From Microseira wollei NIES-4236 (lineage in GTDB: Bacteria; Cyanobacteriota; Cyanobacteriia; Cyanobacteriales; Aerosakkonemataceae): DNA of 42,039 bases. The position numbers were made by a program, and so were the translations under genes. Below the pieces are notes generated by a model. That model did not search any database. It was not told the origin of the DNA and worked only from the letters and a program-made list of their open reading frames with translations. The stretch spans positions 1 to 42,039 of the forward strand of contig NZ_BLAY01000087.1 in NCBI RefSeq assembly GCF_020521235.1, read 5' to 3'. Of the stretch, positions 17,250 through 25,959 are shown one piece after another. Within the stretch, counting starts at the first letter, position 1; every line of letters starts with the position of its first letter.

Positions 17250-17462
17250 ATAGAAACCGGATGGGAGCATGTCAGGTTTGTAAATTTACGCCGACACCCT
17301 AAAGGGTGCGGCTATACAAACGAAGCCCGCCTTCGCGGGCTAAAGCTTTTAAAGCCTGCGAAGGCAGGCTTTGTTTGTGTAGCGACACCCTTTAGGGTGT
17401 CGGCTACTCTCGTTGACATGCTCCCAACCGGATTTCTTTAGAGAAACCCGGTTTCTGAGTGC
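17250..17462. mobile_element. MITE with ~20-bp terminal inverted repeats (CCGGATGGGAGCATGTCAGG / CGTTGACATGCTCCCAACCGG) and an internal long palindrome (GCCGACACCCTAAAGGGTGCGGCTATACAAACGAAGCCCGCCTTCGCGGGC…)
   Basis: Both the TIRs and the nested palindromes can be read directly. The core is shared with 23221-23400 and, partially, with 4255-4505 and 19995-20045. Confidence 0.55.
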
Positions 17463-17545
17463 AGCGAGGCGGGTTTATATAGGATATGTGTCACAGTCAG
17501 AAATTGCCTGTCATATCATGTCCGGTAGATTACCCATACTCAGAA

Positions 17546-17610
17546 GTCGGGACACGGCATTATTAACGTTATCTGTTTGTCCGAGATATCGTCAGATGCC
17601 GTGTCCCTAC
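17546..17610. repeat. 65-bp hairpin repeat, family member 2 (GTCGGGACACGGCAT…ATGCCGTGTCCCTAC)
   Basis: See 10832-10896. Confidence 0.6.
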
Positions 17611-17678
17611 GCAACGACTCTGTGAGGTTTTTTTATTATGGGCAATTCAACGGACATGATATCAAACCTGCCCCTACT

Positions 17679-18764
17679 TTACCATCCTTGCTGTTCAACT
17701 AAATCGATGCACAGTTGATTTACTGCCTCTTTATCTACTCCTCTGGGTAAGGTAGATTTTGTATAAGCAACATCTAGTCCGTTATACAAATATGAGGCAA
17801 TTTTCATCACTGCTTCGTAGCTGTAATCGCCATTTTTAATGGCTAATAACTCGATCGCATCTCCTGCTTCTTGGCGGTCAACTATCACATTTCCTGTCTC
17901 TAATATTTCAATTCCTGTCCGCAAAAGCCGAATTGCTTGCATGGCAAATTTGCAATCGTAACCTACTTTTGCTTCCATTGCTGCTCTAGCTGGGTTGCGA
18001 TTTTTCTTCCATTGTTGGTAGTTGTCGTATTCTCTGCAAGCACTGTTATATTTTTGGCTTTTTTGCAATAGTTTGATGAAGTCTTTCGAGCTATTAGTCA
18101 GTTTTTGGGTATAGTCGAGCGTTTCTTCTGGTAGCGGGTATTGTTTTAACACTCCTTTGTAGTCAATTTCAGCCATCAATAGGTTATAAAGTTCTTCGGA
18201 TTCTGAGAGGAATTGGATGCGATCGCGTATCAACAAGTACAGATATTCCAAGAATGAATTAATATCAACCAATCCCAGGGGTTGATTTGGTTCTAATCCG
18301 AAATCTTCTGGTTTTGGCTTTTGTTGAGGCGGATCGAGTAACCACCGGCGGTGCGATTCTAATTTCTTGATTTGAGCATATCCATATCCTGCATAAGTAT
18401 GCTTGATTTTTTTTGACAAAAATATTTGCCGGTGTTGTTGTAATATTCTGCCAATTTCGGTTAAATGCACGTAGTCTTTAAACCACAGCAACTCTAGAAT
18501 GTTTGGGTTATTATCCGCAGATAATTCCAAAAACTTCTTCAACTCATAGATACAAGTGTCTTGAGTTAAATAAGAAAAGTTTCCAGGTTCGTCCGTCCAT
18601 CCTCTATCTTTTTGTTCAATTTTCTCAAATCCCAGATAGTAAGGTTTACTCGCAATAAAAACACCGCGATAGTCGTAATCTGAGGTTTCTGTTGCTAATC
18701 CGTAACCTCTAGAACCTGTCAAAGCAATCAGAATTGTTCTGTTTTCAATTTCTAGGCGGTTCAT
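17679..18764 (-). CDS. Pol-beta-superfamily nucleotidyltransferase (predicted-nucleotidyltransferase family of the kind found next to RNA ligases)
   Basis: N-terminal LIALTGSRGYGLATETSDYDYRGVF carries the GS…(D/E)xD nucleotidyltransferase signature. The 361-aa protein has a long helical C-terminal region. It lies downstream of, and co-oriented with, the RNA ligase gene. Confidence 0.65.
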   Translation of the reverse strand: MNRLEIENRTILIALTGSRGYGLATETSDYDYRGVFIASKPYYLGFEKIEQKDRGWTDEPGNFSYLTQDTCIYELKKFLELSADNNPNILELLWFKDYVHLTEIGRILQQHRQIFLSKKIKHTYAGYGYAQIKKLESHRRWLLDPPQQKPKPEDFGLEPNQPLGLVDINSFLEYLYLLIRDRIQFLSESEELYNLLMAEIDYKGVLKQYPLPEETLDYTQKLTNSSKDFIKLLQKSQKYNSACREYDNYQQWKKNRNPARAAMEAKVGYDCKFAMQAIRLLRTGIEILETGNVIVDRQEAGDAIELLAIKNGDYSYEAVMKIASYLYNGLDVAYTKSTLPRGVDKEAVNQLCIDLVEQQGW

Positions 18765-18839
18765 AATTGGCTAATTGGCTAATTGCTAATTGCTAATTGC
18801 TAATTGGAATAGGGGTGTTAAACCGGCGCCGACCGATTC

Positions 18840-19835
18840 TTATGCGGTTAAACCATAATATTTGGATAACCACATGCCATAATGATGGAAAATGAGATTT
18901 TGATGGTATGATACGACTTCAGTTCCGTATTCAAGAGACATGTTTTCTATTAAAGTATCTAGGGAAACTTCTTCGCCTCGATCTACCATTTTCCACAGAG
19001 AGTGAAAGATAGTAATCGGACGGATGCTGACTCTGGCGGTGCGGTGATATTCTTCCATTGAGGGGGGTTTGAATTTCCATTGAAATCCCAAGGACTGGGT
19101 TTCTATATTTAAAACAACTCCTTCATGGCGATATAAACCTAGCAGCGGATTGTTTTCTTTTTCCTGTTCGGCTACTAATTGTTGCCCGAAATGTAAGAGA
19201 GTTTGTTCGCTTAATTTTGGCATTGAAATTCTCGCTAATTCATCAACGATAGGAATGGAATTTGCCGCTGCTATCTGTTTGACGAGTCGCCAAGGTTGGG
19301 TGGTATTTCGATTTTTGATGATGGTGTGCAAAGATAACCTCAGCGGGGTGTCATATTGGACGGTATGTTGATTGTTTGCACCCCAGAGTTCAAACACTAG
19401 GGTGGCGTTTTGTTGGCGACAAACTTTAGCGATTCTTTCTATTAATTGGTCATCTAGTGCGGTATTAACTAATGTGCGAAGCGATCGCCATTTCGTATCC
19501 GCAATTACCACCATACCTCTCTTGCGCGGGAATACCAGTATTTCACCGTCTGGCAACTGCAAGGGCGAAAACAGAATCGCCGTACCGTCCATTTTGCGTG
19601 TGAAAGAGGCAGCGATCGCACGATTCGGTAAAATAAATGGATGTTGTATTTTATGGGTATAAGGTATTTCTGGCATCCCTGGCAATATTTGCTGCGTGGG
19701 GATGTCATTAATTGAATTGATTTCTACTTCGCCAGGAAATTTGCCTCGCTTGATAGTTATTTGACCTTTGAGGGTGTAGACTTTCCCTTTGTGTTCTAGG
19801 GAAGCTTTGAACTTACGCCAGCTATTTTTGCTCAT
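18840..19835 (-). CDS. ATP-dependent RNA ligase-like nucleotidyltransferase (Rnl-type)
   Basis: Covalent nucleotidyltransferase motifs appear in the correct order: motif I FTRKMDGTA (KxDG), motif III/IIIa LVFELWG, motif IV HEGVVL, motif V WKFKP. Spacing fits RNA/DNA ligase adenylyltransferase domains, and the size fits stand-alone RNA ligases. Confidence 0.6.
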   Translation of the reverse strand: MSKNSWRKFKASLEHKGKVYTLKGQITIKRGKFPGEVEINSINDIPTQQILPGMPEIPYTHKIQHPFILPNRAIAASFTRKMDGTAILFSPLQLPDGEILVFPRKRGMVVIADTKWRSLRTLVNTALDDQLIERIAKVCRQQNATLVFELWGANNQHTVQYDTPLRLSLHTIIKNRNTTQPWRLVKQIAAANSIPIVDELARISMPKLSEQTLLHFGQQLVAEQEKENNPLLGLYRHEGVVLNIETQSLGFQWKFKPPSMEEYHRTARVSIRPITIFHSLWKMVDRGEEVSLDTLIENMSLEYGTEVVSYHQNLIFHHYGMWLSKYYGLTA

Positions 19836-20040
19836 AGAAACCTCCCCAGGTAGAAGAAAGTCTTTACCCGTTCGTTAAACAAGATAGCATCAGAAGCTTA
19901 GTTTTATATTACATACATACTACATAAATGTCAAGGGCGAGGGTGGAGAGAGCGATCGCTCCTATATTGGAAGCTAATTTTATCCCAAATTCGGTTAATA
20001 GCCCGCGCAGGCGGGCTTTGTTTGTATAGCCACACCCTTA

Positions 20041-20118
20041 AGGGTGTGGGTGTAGGTGTGGGTGTAGGTGTGGGTGTGGGTGTAGGTGTGGGTGTGTGTG
20101 TGGGTGTGGGTGTGGGTG
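20041..20118. repeat. G-rich hexanucleotide microsatellite (GGGTGT/GTAGGT)n of ~13 units
   Basis: GGGTGTGGGTGTAGGTGTGGGTGTAGG… lies immediately 3' of the DUF1287 gene stop (20132, minus strand) and abuts a MITE-core fragment (19995-20045). Confidence 0.7.
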
Positions 20119-20131
20119 GATCGCGTTGATT

Positions 20132-20797
20132 TCAAAAGAAGCGATAATGTCCAAGAATGGGCCAATTAAACAAAATATCTTCGAGTTCAGTCCCAGCACC
20201 GATGTTATGGATAATCATCAGTCTACCGGAGGGCGATCGCATATCGCTGACGATACCGATGTGTTGCTGTCCGCCGCCTAAATCCCAGGTGACGATATCG
20301 CCTGGTTGATAGTTCGATGAATTGCGACTGATGGGTAATGCTTTACCTTGGCGTTTAAAATAGGTCATTAAATTGGGAACGCGACGGTGATCGATGTTTG
20401 GATCTGGTGCCTTTAACCCCCAATTATTGGGATAGGCGGCAAAGTTTTTTCGCATATCTTGATTGACGGTTTTTTGCAAATCTATATCAACTTCTCGAAA
20501 TGCTCGAATCACGACATCGGTACAAACTCCCGTTGTCATAGGTACATCGCCGCCAGGAAAGGGAATTCGGACGTATGATGGATCGTAGTCACGGGTGATT
20601 TTGGTTTGAGCGATCGCATTGTCTATTACCCGGCGAATTGTGGGCGACGAAACTAACACTTTTGTTAAATTTGAGCTTGTGGCTGGAGTTGGATTGGCAG
20701 GATTGGTAAGCTGATACGCGGCAGGATTTTGACAGGCAGCGCAGAGGGAAGTAACGATCAAAATGACAGGCGTGAAGCGAGCGGTTTTTAAGTCCAC
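20132..20797 (-). CDS. DUF1287-family lipoprotein
   Basis: Signal/lipobox region …VTSLCAAC. Conserved DUF1287 blocks are YDPSYVRIPFPGGDVP, TGVCTDVVIRAFREVDIDLQ, PDPNIDHRRVPNL, YQPGDIVTWDL…HIGIV and IIHNIGAG. Confidence 0.75.
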   Translation of the reverse strand: MDLKTARFTPVILIVTSLCAACQNPAAYQLTNPANPTPATSSNLTKVLVSSPTIRRVIDNAIAQTKITRDYDPSYVRIPFPGGDVPMTTGVCTDVVIRAFREVDIDLQKTVNQDMRKNFAAYPNNWGLKAPDPNIDHRRVPNLMTYFKRQGKALPISRNSSNYQPGDIVTWDLGGGQQHIGIVSDMRSPSGRLMIIHNIGAGTELEDILFNWPILGHYRFF

Positions 20798-21091
20798 GAA
20801 GATATCCTCACTTGCTTATCAATAAGTTAACATTTACTCCCTTCCCGCTAGAAGATTATCTATTTCTTTCTTCTTCCTTCTTCCTTCGTGTCCTTCGCGT
20901 CTTCGTGGTTCATTCAATAGAAATTCATCCGACAAGAAGGGAGTAAACAAATCCCTACTCGGATTTTCTTTACCCCGTAAGGCTTTCAGCTATTTTGGCT
21001 TGTGCAAATTCCAGTTTGGCGCTATACTTAACCTAGATTCACGCAAATGCACCTTGAAAACTAAATATATCGGGCGTTTCAGGATGCAGCT

Positions 21092-21650
21092 GTTGCAACT
21101 AACTAAAATCCCTATTAGGGATTGAAACTCGTGAGCGATCGCTTTAAGCGTCTGTGTTTTCCCAGTTGCAACTGACTAAAATCCCTATTAGTGATTGAAA
21201 CGTGCGTTTGGCGTGTCCCCGTGCGCAGGTGTTCTAGGATTGCAACTGACTAAAATCCCTACTAGGGATTGAAACAAGCTGGTAACTGCGAGACTGTACT
21301 GGGAGAATTATTGTTGCAACTGACTAAAATACCTATTAGGGATTGAAACATTCTGAAATCCTCCTTTGTAGAAATAGTAAGTTTCCGAGTTGCAACTGAC
21401 TAAAATCCCTATTAGGGATTGAAACACTGTAAGCGCCCTTACAGATCTAAAGGTGCGCGAGGGTTGCAACTGACTAAAATCCCTACTAGGGATTGAAACA
21501 ACCAGACGAGGGAGTTCAGCGGTAAAGTAATCAGTTTCGTTGCAACTAACTAAAATCCCTACTAGGGATTGAAACAAATCCTGTAGCTGGCAGTCAACCT
21601 GGTCAAAAAATTGGTTGCAACTTATTCAAATCCCTACTAGGGATTGAAAC
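21092..21650 (+). CRISPR. CRISPR array: 8 repeats of 37 bp (consensus GTTGCAACTGACTAAAATCCCTATTAGGGATTGAAAC), 7 unique spacers of 36-39 bp; no cas genes in window
   Basis: Repeat starts are at 21092, 21165, 21239, 21313, 21389, 21463, 21539 and 21614. The last repeat is degenerate (GTTGCAACTTATTCAAATCCC…), marking the leader-distal end. The repeat ends in ATTGAAAC, the typical 8-nt crRNA 5' handle. An AT-rich putative leader lies at ~20990-21091. Confidence 0.9.
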
Positions 21651-21703
21651 CCCTTAGTCATTAGTAAGTTGGGTTTCGTTACCTCAACCCAACCTACTGT
21701 TAT

Positions 21704-22306
21704 CTAAGAACTAATTTGACGCAGTTTCAATGCATGGAAAATACTTAAAACATCGTGGGTCCATTTGGGCATAATTAGCGTCATGGCGATTTCTTCTATT
21801 GTGTGGATAATGCCTGCAATTATTGCCAGCCACAGGGTTAATCCAGCATAATTAAATCCAAATAAACCAATCGTGGCGATAAACAGCGTGATGCCCCAAA
21901 ATTTGGCTGAATAGGTGTGATAGGAAGCGGGTTTTCCATATTTGGCTAAATTAACTATCCACCAAATTAATTGGGCGAATGCGATTAAACTTAATGGGGT
22001 TGAGAAGGCGATAATTTTATCTGGATGCACCAACCACGCACTGATGCAAATACATAAATAAAGAATCACATCTGCCCAGCTATCAGATTGCCGCAATTTC
22101 GCATTGCTGACGCCAATTCGACGGGCAATGACGCCATCGAAGATATCTGAGAAAAAAGCATAGACAAATCCCAGGATAAACCAAATACTGGTGTTGCCAT
22201 CAATCGCATCCCATAACAGTAAAGGACTGATAGCGAAGCGAGTGTAAACTAAAAATTGGGGCAGGAATTGCAGCAATGAGGAATTTCTGTAAACTGGGGT
22301 TTTCAT
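21704..22306 (-). CDS. CDP-alcohol phosphatidyltransferase family membrane protein
   Basis: Signature DIFDGVIARRIGVSNAKLRQSDSWADV (D-x2-DG-x2-AR…G-x3-D-x3-D) within multi-TM hydrophobic protein. Start placed at the internal ATG (MKTPVY, 22304-22306) because the longer track ORF overlaps the upstream gene by 41 codons. Confidence 0.6.
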   Translation of the reverse strand: MKTPVYRNSSLLQFLPQFLVYTRFAISPLLLWDAIDGNTSIWFILGFVYAFFSDIFDGVIARRIGVSNAKLRQSDSWADVILYLCICISAWLVHPDKIIAFSTPLSLIAFAQLIWWIVNLAKYGKPASYHTYSAKFWGITLFIATIGLFGFNYAGLTLWLAIIAGIIHTIEEIAMTLIMPKWTHDVLSIFHALKLRQISS

Positions 22307-22388
22307 GTTGGACAACAAGTATCTATATCCCCAGTTTTGCTGGTGTTTTGAGTCAAATAGGGTAAGTACGTGCCAGTTGTTAAAAAGT

Positions 22389-23255
22389 CTACCTGCGGTT
22401 TCTAGTGAACAGGAATACCCATAAGACAAATGCTAACCCACTTGCTGTAACGGCAATTAACGGGATGTTCATTTGGCGAATAGCGATCGCAACGAATGCC
22501 CAGACAAACACCAACGGGTAAGCGACATCGCGACGCTGCCCAATTATTATAGCGGCGATCGCTCCCCCGATAACCAGCATTATTACCGTCCACACTTGGG
22601 GAGTAATGCCCCAACCATTCCAGTTTACGCTGTAGAGTGCGATCGCTACATTCACAATCGTCGCGACGCTAATCCAACCAAAATAGATACTCAGGGGAAT
22701 ATGTACCCACCATTTGTCATTTCTAGCTACTCGTTCTTTGCCAATTCCCAAACGCACATATATCAGCATCAACGGGATTAAAATTCCCAGCATCGCTACG
22801 AGGGAAAGCACAAAGAATCCATACTGAAACAGAAACACCCAAGCAATCTGACATAAACTGGCAATAGTTATCAGATATCCGATTTTCAGCAACTGCGGAT
22901 TGCGTCTTTGGTCTGGTAATCCTTGATAAATTCCAAAGCTAACTAACCCCAGATAAATCAATCCCCAAATCGCAAAAGCATAGTTAGCTGGGGTGATTAG
23001 CACATCGCGGAATGTCGTATTGGAAATTTCTCCTATATTTATGCCATTGGGGGGATTGATATTCGTATACACGTTGATTCCCAAGGCAGCAAGGATAGCG
23101 CCTAAATTTATACCTTGCCGGATAGTATCGGAGTTGAAACGATTATTTATAGTTTGCATATGCCCTGATGTTTGATTTCTGTTATAAGCAAAATCATACC
23201 TTTTTTTATGATAATTGAGCGTCAAGAAACCCGGTTCCTCTAATACCTTCGCCAA
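22389..23255 (-). CDS. Trp-rich polytopic membrane protein, possibly TspO/MBR-related
   Basis: There are at least six hydrophobic helices with many Trp/Tyr (PANYAFAIWGLIYLGL…WWVHIPLSIYFGWISV…). Family assignment is weak. The real start may be the internal MQTINN (23159). Confidence 0.4.
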   Translation of the reverse strand: MAKVLEEPGFLTLNYHKKRYDFAYNRNQTSGHMQTINNRFNSDTIRQGINLGAILAALGINVYTNINPPNGINIGEISNTTFRDVLITPANYAFAIWGLIYLGLVSFGIYQGLPDQRRNPQLLKIGYLITIASLCQIAWVFLFQYGFFVLSLVAMLGILIPLMLIYVRLGIGKERVARNDKWWVHIPLSIYFGWISVATIVNVAIALYSVNWNGWGITPQVWTVIMLVIGGAIAAIIIGQRRDVAYPLVFVWAFVAIAIRQMNIPLIAVTASGLAFVLWVFLFTRNRR

Positions 23256-23400
23256 AATCCGGCACCCTGAAGGGTGCCGCTATACAAACGAAGCCCGCCT
23301 TCGCGGGCTGAAATCCTTACAGCCCGCGAAGGCGGGCTTCGTTTGTGTAGCCCCAGGCCTGCAGCCTGGGGGCGTTTGATCGGAAACCGGGTTTCTTTCT
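23221..23400. mobile_element. MITE copy (GAAACCCGGTT…CCGGCACCCTGAAGGGTGCCGCTATACAAACGAAGCCCGCCTTCGCGGGC…GCCCGCGAAGGCGGGCTTCGTTTGTGTAGCC…GGAAACCGGGTTTC)
   Basis: Same core and terminal GAAACCGGGTTTC motifs as the 17250-17462 element. The core is a long internal palindrome. Confidence 0.55.
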
Positions 23401-23410
23401 CAGATTAAGG

Positions 23411-23872
23411 TTATGGGGCGCTGGTAGAAGGGGTTACAGAATCTTGCTTTTCACCAGCAAAGAATTTCTGAGTTATCCAACTGGTGAGGATGTGAGAAAG
23501 CAATCCCATTGGACCAGCAAATAGGCACAATGCGAGAGAATGGGTGGTAAATACTCCCGTTTTTTGTCCTTCCCAATAAATCCAGCGACCGATAAATAAA
23601 TCCATCACCAAAAAGTGAACCCACCCCGTCGCGGTGACAGTTTCATTGCTAAAAGCTTTGGCAAGATCGGACAATTGCGGACTGGATAGTGCTTGAGCAG
23701 TTTCGGGTGTAATTGCAACCACAAATAGATAAATGTACAATCCTGCCAGTGCCACAAATGGCAGATAAGATTCCATGACTTTGCGGGTGATTCCCCAATT
23801 GGGCAGCAGAATCATTATCGCCCAGAAAGGTAATACAAATATGTTAGCGATGTCGAACAGTTGAGAAATCAT
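23411..23872 (-). CDS. DUF4281 (ABA4-like) family membrane protein
   Basis: LPFWAIMILLPNW…GWVHFLVMDLFIGRWIYWEGQKTGV…LCLFAGPMGLLSH matches the conserved blocks recalled for the ABA4-like family. Confidence 0.55.
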   Translation of the reverse strand: MISQLFDIANIFVLPFWAIMILLPNWGITRKVMESYLPFVALAGLYIYLFVVAITPETAQALSSPQLSDLAKAFSNETVTATGWVHFLVMDLFIGRWIYWEGQKTGVFTTHSLALCLFAGPMGLLSHILTSWITQKFFAGEKQDSVTPSTSAP

Positions 23873-23974
23873 TCTTTGGGTTGGTAATTGGTAATTGCAG
23901 ATTTAAGATTTTAGATTGCAGATTGGAGATTAAGCTAAAATCTGCAATCTGCAATCTGCAATCTGAAATCCTCT

Positions 23975-24904
23975 TTATTGTTGTGCCATTTGCCGAAATG
24001 TGGCAATGGGGATGGCCCAACTTAAGGCTTCCATTTGCTGGTAGAGTTTTCGGGAAGGGACGCTACCGTCGGCGAAGGTGTACACGTCTATGCCTTGGGG
24101 TGGAAATTTCAGGCGTCCGTTAATGCCGATTAATTGTCCGTTTGCGTCTAAAACTGGGCCGCCGCTCATGCCTTGTTCGATTTCGTTGGTGTATCCTAGC
24201 TGGTAGCCTCTGGGGAGACTTCGATCTGCAATCATCCCTACCTGTCCTCTGGTGAGGCGATACGCCCTCAGTCCCCAATTGCGCGTATCCTCGATGTTGT
24301 TGGAGTTCACCCAGTACCAATTGGGATATCCCGCTGCGTAGACTTCATCGCCAATCGATAGGTTATTCGAGTCGCCGAATTCTGCAACTTGATAGGACTC
24401 GTTGCTGTTAAACTGCACTATGGCTAAATCTAAATCGCCAAATTGACGCGCGCGCATCCACTGACCGTTATGGGTGCGTCCGTCTGCTGTTAAAACCGTG
24501 TATTTATTATCACTTCGACCAGATACCACGTGTTCGTTGGTCAAAACCGTGTATGTATTGCCTCTGCGCCCCACGATCGCTCCCGAACCAGAACCCGGAT
24601 TTGTAATAATTCGCACCGTTACTTCTCTGGCAATTTCTGATACCGAGTTTCCTGCTTGGCGTCGGTTTTGAGTGACTTGGACGGGGAGATTAGATGGAGG
24701 CGTTGCGAGGGAGCATAGCTGATGCAACAGCAAATATGCCGAGGTAAAAAGTAAAAAAGTAACAGCAAGGGTTGTTATCTTTTTCCTACGATGCCAAGCT
24801 CTTACTCTGCTGATAGCCGTCGCAAAAAGTTGACCCAAACCCAGATAAATTGAAGATAGGCTCACGGTGACTTTTGCACCTTCCCACACGAATGCTGACT
24901 TCAA
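23975..24904 (-). CDS. Membrane-anchored trypsin-like (S1 family) serine peptidase
   Basis: N-terminal TM segment, then GSGSGAIVGRRGNTYTVLTNEHVV (catalytic His region) and …QGMSGGPVLDANGQLIGING (catalytic Ser GxSGGP motif). Confidence 0.65.
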   Translation of the reverse strand: MKSAFVWEGAKVTVSLSSIYLGLGQLFATAISRVRAWHRRKKITTLAVTFLLFTSAYLLLHQLCSLATPPSNLPVQVTQNRRQAGNSVSEIAREVTVRIITNPGSGSGAIVGRRGNTYTVLTNEHVVSGRSDNKYTVLTADGRTHNGQWMRARQFGDLDLAIVQFNSNESYQVAEFGDSNNLSIGDEVYAAGYPNWYWVNSNNIEDTRNWGLRAYRLTRGQVGMIADRSLPRGYQLGYTNEIEQGMSGGPVLDANGQLIGINGRLKFPPQGIDVYTFADGSVPSRKLYQQMEALSWAIPIATFRQMAQQ

Positions 24905-25018
24905 AATTTTAAAGCCAATCTGGAGATTTTTAACATGCTCCGGATTGGCTTTTGGTAATTGGTAATTGCTAATGGCTAATGGCTAATTGCTAATGGCTAA
25001 TTTTTACAATAGCCATTA

Positions 25019-25083
25019 GTAGGGACAGGGCAAAATCAACGTTATTTGATCGGGCGGAGATATTTTGGCTGCCGTGTCCCTAC
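25019..25083. repeat. 65-bp hairpin repeat, family member 3 (GTAGGGACAGGGCA…TGCCGTGTCCCTAC)
   Basis: See 10832-10896. Confidence 0.55.
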
Positions 25084-25118
25084 AACTGTCTTCGCGTGGT
25101 TAGAGTTCTGCAATCAAT

Positions 25119-25820
25119 TTAAAGACCTCCATCTACGGGACGAGATGGACGAATCGGGGTGGGACGAACTGGAGTAATCGGACGAACTGGTGCGGCGGTT
25201 TCTTCTTCGTCATCATCAAGTGCAGTAAAGGCTTGATTGACGGCTTGATTTAAACTGTAGTAGCCGCGTCGCAGCCTGGGTGTGCTAGCAGTAGAACCAC
25301 CAGGGGCAAAAGAAACGATCGGATCGCCAGAACCCGTGACGCCAAATTGCAGCAACCTTTGCAGGACTGAATCGGGATTGGTAGCGTTGCGACTGTCTAG
25401 AGTGAACAGGAGATTTTGGGAATTACAACCCGTGCGATCGCTATTCACATAACAAACTACGGGAAGGCGATTCACTCTGCCAGTTGTTAGCAGTAAATTC
25501 CGCAAGCGTCCGCCATTTTGAGCGGTGGCGTTATTCAATCTTTCTGTTACGAGATTGCACCGTTGTTCGGGGGTGTAATCGCGACCAAATTCTCTGGTTC
25601 TCCAGACAAAAATCGGGGCGGTGCGGCGTCCGTTGCGTTCGGCAATAGTGGCAAAGTTTCCACCGGAAGTCACGCAATAAAATGTTGTACCAGTATCGCT
25701 GACTTGAACGTCATCCCGAACATCTTCACCGACGCGGACTTGTGCAGAAGCGGTGGATGCAACGGCGCCAGATAAAGCTAAAGTTGACACTAAAATTGCA
25801 GCAAGGGATTTAAAGTTCAT
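25119..25820 (-). CDS. COP23 (circadian oscillating protein 23 kDa) family secreted protein with Pro-rich C-terminus
   Basis: Signal peptide, then FYCVTSGGNFATIAERNGRRTAPIFVWRTREFGRDYTPEQRCNLVTERL, resembling the conserved COP23 core. Family call is from memory. Confidence 0.5.
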   Translation of the reverse strand: MNFKSLAAILVSTLALSGAVASTASAQVRVGEDVRDDVQVSDTGTTFYCVTSGGNFATIAERNGRRTAPIFVWRTREFGRDYTPEQRCNLVTERLNNATAQNGGRLRNLLLTTGRVNRLPVVCYVNSDRTGCNSQNLLFTLDSRNATNPDSVLQRLLQFGVTGSGDPIVSFAPGGSTASTPRLRRGYYSLNQAVNQAFTALDDDEEETAAPVRPITPVRPTPIRPSRPVDGGL

Positions 25821-25959
25821 GGAAATGCCTCGAATTGGAATTACTTTAAGGGTAAAATTGCGCGGGTGGTTTGCACTTCATCCAGTTGTACTATTTGACC
25901 GGGGGATGGGGAAAAATGTTCCTCAGTTTTTTTCGATACGAGGCGTAGCCTCTATCACC

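Noticed and set aside
19150-19708. Plus- and minus-strand ORFs inside the RNA ligase gene
   Set aside because: They are overlapping alternative-frame ORFs. The ligase frame carries the ordered KxDG…EGVV…K.K motifs.
21308-21577. 89-aa minus-strand ORF
   Set aside because: It lies entirely within the CRISPR array and is composed of translated repeats and spacers, so it is an artefact of the periodic sequence.
22402-22781. ORFs 22402..22614 (-) and 22473..22781 (+) inside the TspO-like gene
   Set aside because: They are alternative-frame and antisense overlaps of a hydrophobic membrane-protein CDS.
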